DNA of 40,792 nt from Octopus bimaculoides. Its lineage: Eukaryota. The DNA is taken from assembly GCF_001194135.2 (NCBI RefSeq), contig NC_068995.1, positions 7,401,584 through 7,442,375 of the forward strand. Direction: 5' to 3'. Each line of letters opens with the position of its first letter. The stretch's first letter is position 1. Of this stretch, positions 37,706-40,792 are shown piece after piece. A model generated the notes under the pieces. It made no database searches. It saw only the letters and a list, made by a program, of their open reading frames with translations, and was not told where the DNA came from. Made by a program: the position numbers and the translations under genes.

Positions 37706-39118
37706 TATACATATATATGTATATATATACATATATACACACATATATATATATACAAACACACATACGCACACACATAAATATATATATATATATACAT
37801 ATATATACCGAGGGTTAGATGTGCTCAGACATACATACATGCACACACACATATATACAAACACAAACATGCACAAACACTCACACTCACTCACAAAACA
37901 CACACACACAGATACACTCACAGACACACACACACACGTGTGTGTGTGTGTGTGTGTGTGCGTGTGCGTTTGTATTTATCAACAAATACAAAACGGTTGT
38001 ACACAAAGACATGCAGAGACGTAGATATAAGAAATAAGGATCAACAGAATTTTGACAAACTTCACAGAGCAGAACAAACAGCATACTGAGACCAATAAAT
38101 GAATAAAACATCAAATAAGTAAACAAATAAACAAATAAATAAACAAACAAACAAATAAATATATAAGTAAATGAATAAATGAATAAATAAATAAAATCTC
38201 GCTGCCACAATAGCAAATTCCCTTCACCAACAAACAACAACAATAATTAAATAAAAGGAAGAAAACAATAGGAAGCAGCTTCGCCATTTTGTTATAACAA
38301 AACGCCATCTTGTGAAGAATTAAAGTAGGTGACTAAGTGCAGAGTTTTATAAGAATATTTTCAAAAATGGTAAAGATTTCAGATAAATTTCAGAGACAGA
38401 AGTTGGGAAATATTACACTCTTCTGTTTTAAAAATAAAACGCTATAAGATTGTATGTATGTATGTATGTATGTTTGTATGTATGTATGTATGTATGTATG
38501 TATGTATGTATGTGTGCGTGCGTGTGTGTACGCATGCGTGTGTGTATCTGTGTCTGATGTGTGTGAATATATATATATGTGTGTGTTTGTGTGTGTTGTG
38601 TGTGTATGTGTGTATACATACGTATATTTTAATGCCGATAAACATTCCTTCCCAATATAGTTACTTCTTTCATCTCTTACAGAGATTTTCTAACTAATTA
38701 ATTTGCTTGTCATATATAGATATATTTATATATATNNNNNNNNNNNNNNNNNNNNNNNNNNNNNNNNNNNNNNNNNNNNNNNNNNNNNNNNNNNNNNNNN
38801 NNNNNNNNNNNNNNNNNNNNNNNNNNNNNNNNNNNNNNNNNNNNNNNNNNNNNNNNNNNNNNNNNNNNNNNNNNNNNNNNNNNNNNNNNNNNNNNNNNNN
38901 NNNNNNNNNNNNNNNNNNNNNNNNNNNNNNNNNNNNNNNNNNNNNNNNNNNNNNNNNNAAATTCGGTGGGAAGGATTTTTGTTAATTTTTCTCTTGGTCT
39001 CAGGATGTTTTGTGCTGTGTGTTTCTATATATAAGAGATTTAGGTGTGTCTATGGTATTAATGTTTATTGCATTATGTTATATTAAATTACATTACATAT
39101 CTATACATATACACACAT

Positions 39119-39249
39119 ATATAGCCTGAACAGGATAAACTACCCCTATTTTGGAGAAAAAAGTGTAGGTGGTTAGCTGTGGGACCACAGCTAACCAACT
39201 ACACTTTTTTTCTGCAAAATAGGGGTAGTTTATCCTGTTCAGGCTATAT
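39119..39249. repeat. Near-perfect 131-bp palindrome (64/65-nt arms, 2-nt spacer); probable palindromic MITE
   Basis: The left arm 39119-39182 equals the reverse complement of 39185-39249 except for 2 substitutions and an A6/T7 length difference. Both ends lie in TATA. Confidence 0.95.
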
Positions 39250-39403
39250 TATTAACATTGTCCTGCGTTTGAGAATTTAAAAATCACTTCTTTAACTTTC
39301 TAAGACAACTCAACGCTTCTAAAAGCAAACTTCGTTTGCTTGTTTATATCATAAGGAAAATGAATAGTTTGAACACAATATAATCAATATATTTACATTG
39401 CAG

Positions 39404-39616
39404 GGACGTGATGGCAAGGGAGTGCTGTACGTCTGGGCTTCCGGTAATGGCGGCCATCGTGACAACTGCAACTGTGATGGTTATGCGTCAAGTATTTACA
39501 CCATCTCAATCAGCAGCATTACTAGTACAATGATGAAGCCTTGGTACGTTGAGTATTGCGCATCGACTATGGCATCGACATTCTCCGGTGGTCTTACATT
39601 GTCCGAAGGAAAAGTG
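39404..39616 (+). CDS. PCSK1: Convertase exon with oxyanion-hole Asn: [71 protein letters not shown]
   Basis: Acceptor attgcAG|GGA; donor GTG|GTAAGA; 213 nt, phase 0/0. Contains WASGNGG, CNCDGY and PWY.E.C motifs and lies inside ORF 39398..39652. Confidence 0.97.
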
Positions 39617-39884
39617 GTAAGATATGTATTAATATCGAATACTGAAAGATGAGCTGTGAGCTCATATGAAAATACTGTGAGTTCATGACCATAAAAGGCA
39701 ACAAATTGTTTCCACTTATGTAGATTGTGTGATTTATATAAAATTTATATCCATGTGTACAAGTCCCTTCGGGGTTTTTTGGTTCGAAAGACAGACGAAA
39801 TTCCAAGTAAAACGATTGCAAAATACTGATTCAATATATAGTTTAGATCAATATTTATTCCATAAATATACCTACGCATGTTCG

Positions 39885-39952
<68 letters not shown>

Positions 39953-40094
39953 CATCTATCTAACTAGCTAGCTATCTGTCTGTCTGTCTGTCTACCTGTC
40001 TACCTACCTACCTACCTACCTACCTACCTATCTATCTATCATGTCGAGAATTACTGGTGTCATGTATGAATATATATAATAGATACATACATAC

Positions 40095-40157
<63 letters not shown>

Positions 40158-40792
40158 TAATTATTTATATGTGTTAAAAGAAAATTATATATATATATAT
40201 ATATGTATGTATAATAACATACAAATGAGGTTAAAACATTTACAAACGTTAAAAGATCTATGATAACTTACAAAAATTGACGAAGTGAAATTTAGTATCA
40301 AAGATTTTGACAATAATTGTAAGATATATTAAAGAAACTTTGACGAATTTGGACAAACTAAAGTAGAATGAATAGAGGGATATAAGAATGTGTGTAGGTG
40401 TGTATAATTTATGATAATATAGTTTGAATTTTCTGTGCTTTATTATAGGTGATGTTTGAAACTTGTCTCTTGTGTTTACTGTAGATTTAACCGAATGAGG
40501 TTCAAGGCATATCAGGTGAACAGTAGCTATTCTAAAGGACTCTGTTTCACGAGTTGCTCCAATGAAAATTGTGTATTTCGCAGCGAACATACATTTCTGT
40601 GGAATCTACACACCTATATTTATTATACAAGCAAAATCAAGTTTAACCATGTATTTACACACAAGTCCATATACACATACGCACATACACATGTGCAAAT
40701 ATACGCATACATATTGTGATTTTCCTGATGAACACACATTGCGTACATAAGATATATATAAACACATATATGCATGTACATGCATATATATA

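Larger units (their letters stand above)
1759..38958. other. 15 assembly gaps (N runs): 1759-2182, 3734-4121, 8091-8470, 12777-13212, 18047-18261, 20810-21317, 23850-24113, 24550-24606, 26334-26971, 28051-28748, 30610-30892, 33029-33337, 33961-34544, 37103-37655, 38736-38958
   Basis: Runs of n totalling about 6 kb, mostly bordered by TA/CA/GA microsatellites, typical of short-read scaffolding. Confidence 0.99.
9603..39616 (+). other. PCSK1: Partial multi-exon gene: neuroendocrine proprotein convertase, PC1/3-like (S8B kexin family); 7 exons visible, 5' and 3' exons missing
   Basis: Manual splicing of seven AG..GT exons (117+100+38+77+89+173+213 = 807 nt) gives a stop-free frame with compatible phases: ILWFEQQQIRKRAKR/NSEV...LDDGIEW...[11 protein letters not shown]...RMLDG...SASWGP...ASGNGG...PWYVE. 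The motifs EIAM, DP.AS.D.NDND.DP.PRYDP.NENK and the oxyanion Asn favour PC1/3 over PC2 or furin. Exact orthology needs a tree. Confidence 0.93.

Noticed and set aside
163-40750. The great majority of ORFs in the supplied track (poly-YI, CV, HT, LS, I, L, N, H, M, K and X-containing)
   Set aside because: They are translations of di-, tri- and tetranucleotide microsatellites or N gaps, with no domain content or splice support.
1-40792. CRISPR array, operon, rRNA or genuine tRNA genes
   Set aside because: There are no regularly spaced repeat-spacer units and no prokaryotic gene density. The tRNA-like A/B boxes belong to SINE heads without a complete cloverleaf.
39617-40792. Search for the catalytic-Ser exon (TGTSAS/AAP motif)
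   Set aside because: No frame shows GTSA. The window most likely ends within the intron, so its absence is not evidence of pseudogenisation.

Overview
This is AT-rich, microsatellite-saturated animal genomic DNA with 15 assembly gaps (about 6 kb of N). The SINE families and repeat texture look like a coleoid cephalopod (Octopus-like) draft assembly; that species call is my inference. The only host gene I can support is a + strand neuroendocrine proprotein convertase of the kexin/subtilisin S8B family, most like PC1/3 (PCSK1). Seven GT-AG exons (9603-9719, 10901-11000, 20161-20198, 25169-25245, 29326-29414, 33444-33616, 39404-39616) splice with compatible phases into an 807-nt, 269-aa stop-free frame. 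That frame runs from the end of the prodomain (RKRAKR cleavage site) through the catalytic Asp (LDDG), the catalytic His (HGTRCAGE) and the oxyanion Asn (ASGNGG). The signal/prodomain exons are not identifiable, and the catalytic-Ser exon presumably lies downstream of the window. Introns and flanks contain three tRNA-type SINE families, decayed Dong/R4-like LINE pieces, a mariner 3' remnant with its terminal inverted repeat (TIR), a probable LINE ORF1 fragment, one MITE and two near-perfect palindromes. Almost all ORFs in the supplied track are microsatellite or N-run artefacts. I see no prokaryote-type system such as CRISPR or an operon. The best leads are the convertase's PC2-like 38-nt exon, its shortened oxyanion loop, and long intronic hairpins near exons that could be ADAR substrates.
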